Positions 23,616 through 24,723 of a stretch of DNA of 24,723 nt are shown here, piece after piece. The notes under the pieces were generated by a model. That model had not been told where the DNA came from, made no database searches, and was given only the letters and a program-made list of their open reading frames with translations. The stretch comes from Spongospora subterranea f. sp. subterranea. Taxonomy: Eukaryota. A program made the position numbers and the translations under genes. Within the stretch, counting starts at the first letter, position 1. Every line of letters begins with the position of its first letter. The DNA is taken from contig JAUGWO010000135.1 in assembly GCA_049724395.1 (NCBI GenBank), positions 124,001 through 148,723 on the forward strand, read 5' to 3'.

Positions 23616-24723
23616 TAAAACAACCGAAACGGGTTTGAGTATCGGGCGCTATCAACAGCATGGCATTGCTGCCAGATCCTTTCCAAAAATTGTAATTTTT
23701 GGCTGGTTTTGAGCTTGCCCAGTTGCGAACGGTCGATGTCGAAATCGCCGAACGTTTGCTGCCGACGTTTCTCTACCGCCTGTGACGCAACCGGCGGCTC
23801 ATTGCTGATGGGGGAGTCACCAACTCGCTCGATCTACACCATAATACACGAATGACTTATAATGGAGTAATTGAGATCAGAACAAGTTATCGATTCAACA
23901 TTGGCGACGGCAGCAGCAGTAACTGTTGCAGATTGGCGAACATGTTCTAACATGTCCTGTACATCGCGGTCGATTTCGACCATCAATTCAGGCATACTCG
24001 CCCTTGCTCTCTGTAGAGCACTGGCGTATCTCTGGAATGGGTCGTCGACGACTTCCTCTCGTTGAAGAATTGCCTGACTTAAAAGTTGGCAGCTAATACC
24101 ATGCCCATGATCAACAAATCCCAAGAAGTGCCGCGATTGTAGACGTTGGATATACTCAGAAGCCAAAACAACCAAGCTGCGTAGCTCGTTCCCCGGACGT
24201 CGTGAATGCATGATCAAGTTTTCTCTGACAACATGCCCGCTTTCAACGAAGACCGGTTGCCATTTTGGCTGTACTCGGCTCACGATGTCGTCACTGGAGA
24301 AACGCATTCATTTTCTGCAAATAACCCTGTTAATCGCTTACGGCGTTGTGGCTTTGATCAGATTGATCACGGCTCCCGCATCCTTGTAATATCGGGTTGC
24401 ATTGACTGTGGCCGCATGGCGAGCTGCTTTCATTGCTTCAATGAGATTTCCGCCATACCACACTGCAAACAGGTATGCGGTTTTTCGCGCGCAATGGACG
24501 CCGAATCTGGAAAACCTTGTTGAATTCGTCATATGTGATCGGCAGCAAATGTTCAATATTTCGTCCACAACTGAACCATCGCTTGCCGGGAAACAAGCAT
24601 CCACTAGTCAGTTGAAGGGATCCAACGTGAGCCAGCAAATGCGAGATAGCATCAAACTCGGGGACATCGCGGTCACGATGAAGCACAAGAAGCGACTTCG
24701 CGTCGTGGCGCTTCTCCGTTTTG
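23616..24723 (-). mobile_element. Intron-containing tyrosine-recombinase (Crypton-like) transposon, 3' half; frameshifted, truncated by the LINE, continues beyond the window
   Basis: RFGVHCARKTAYLFAVWYGGNLIEAMKAARHAATVNATRYYKDA supplies the H-x-x-R, H and Y residues of the tyrosine-recombinase active site. Introns 24341-24294 (GTAAGC..CCAG) and probably 23899-23834 join the ORFs in frame up to ...QKLQFLERIWQQCHAVDSARYSNPFRLF. Confidence 0.85.

Overview
Eukaryotic, intron-rich DNA (GT-AG introns of about 48-70 nt) from a compact protist-like genome. The uL13 sequence and intron sizes would fit a SAR lineage such as a phytomyxid, but that is inference only. The left ~8.2 kb is gene-dense: a NOL11/Utp8-like gene, a rolling-stone/AIG1-like membrane protein, a 4-TM protein, 60S ribosomal protein L13a (4 exons) and some poorly resolved multi-exon hypotheticals. 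The right ~16.5 kb is an accessory region with a tandemly duplicated block of decayed multi-exon genes, fragments of an intron-containing tyrosine-recombinase (Crypton-like) transposon (one folded into a ~280-bp-arm inverted repeat), a DIRS-like RT/RNase H relic and a 5'-truncated RNase H-bearing LINE. The most striking object is an apparently intact ~10-exon gene at 18421-20963 (+), about 690 aa, with a signal peptide, a triplicated intron+exon module and three tandem Cys-rich domains. The front half of these domains resembles the C-terminal region of the neighbouring tyrosine-recombinase element, making it a candidate secreted protein built from a domesticated transposon domain. All gene models were made by eye.
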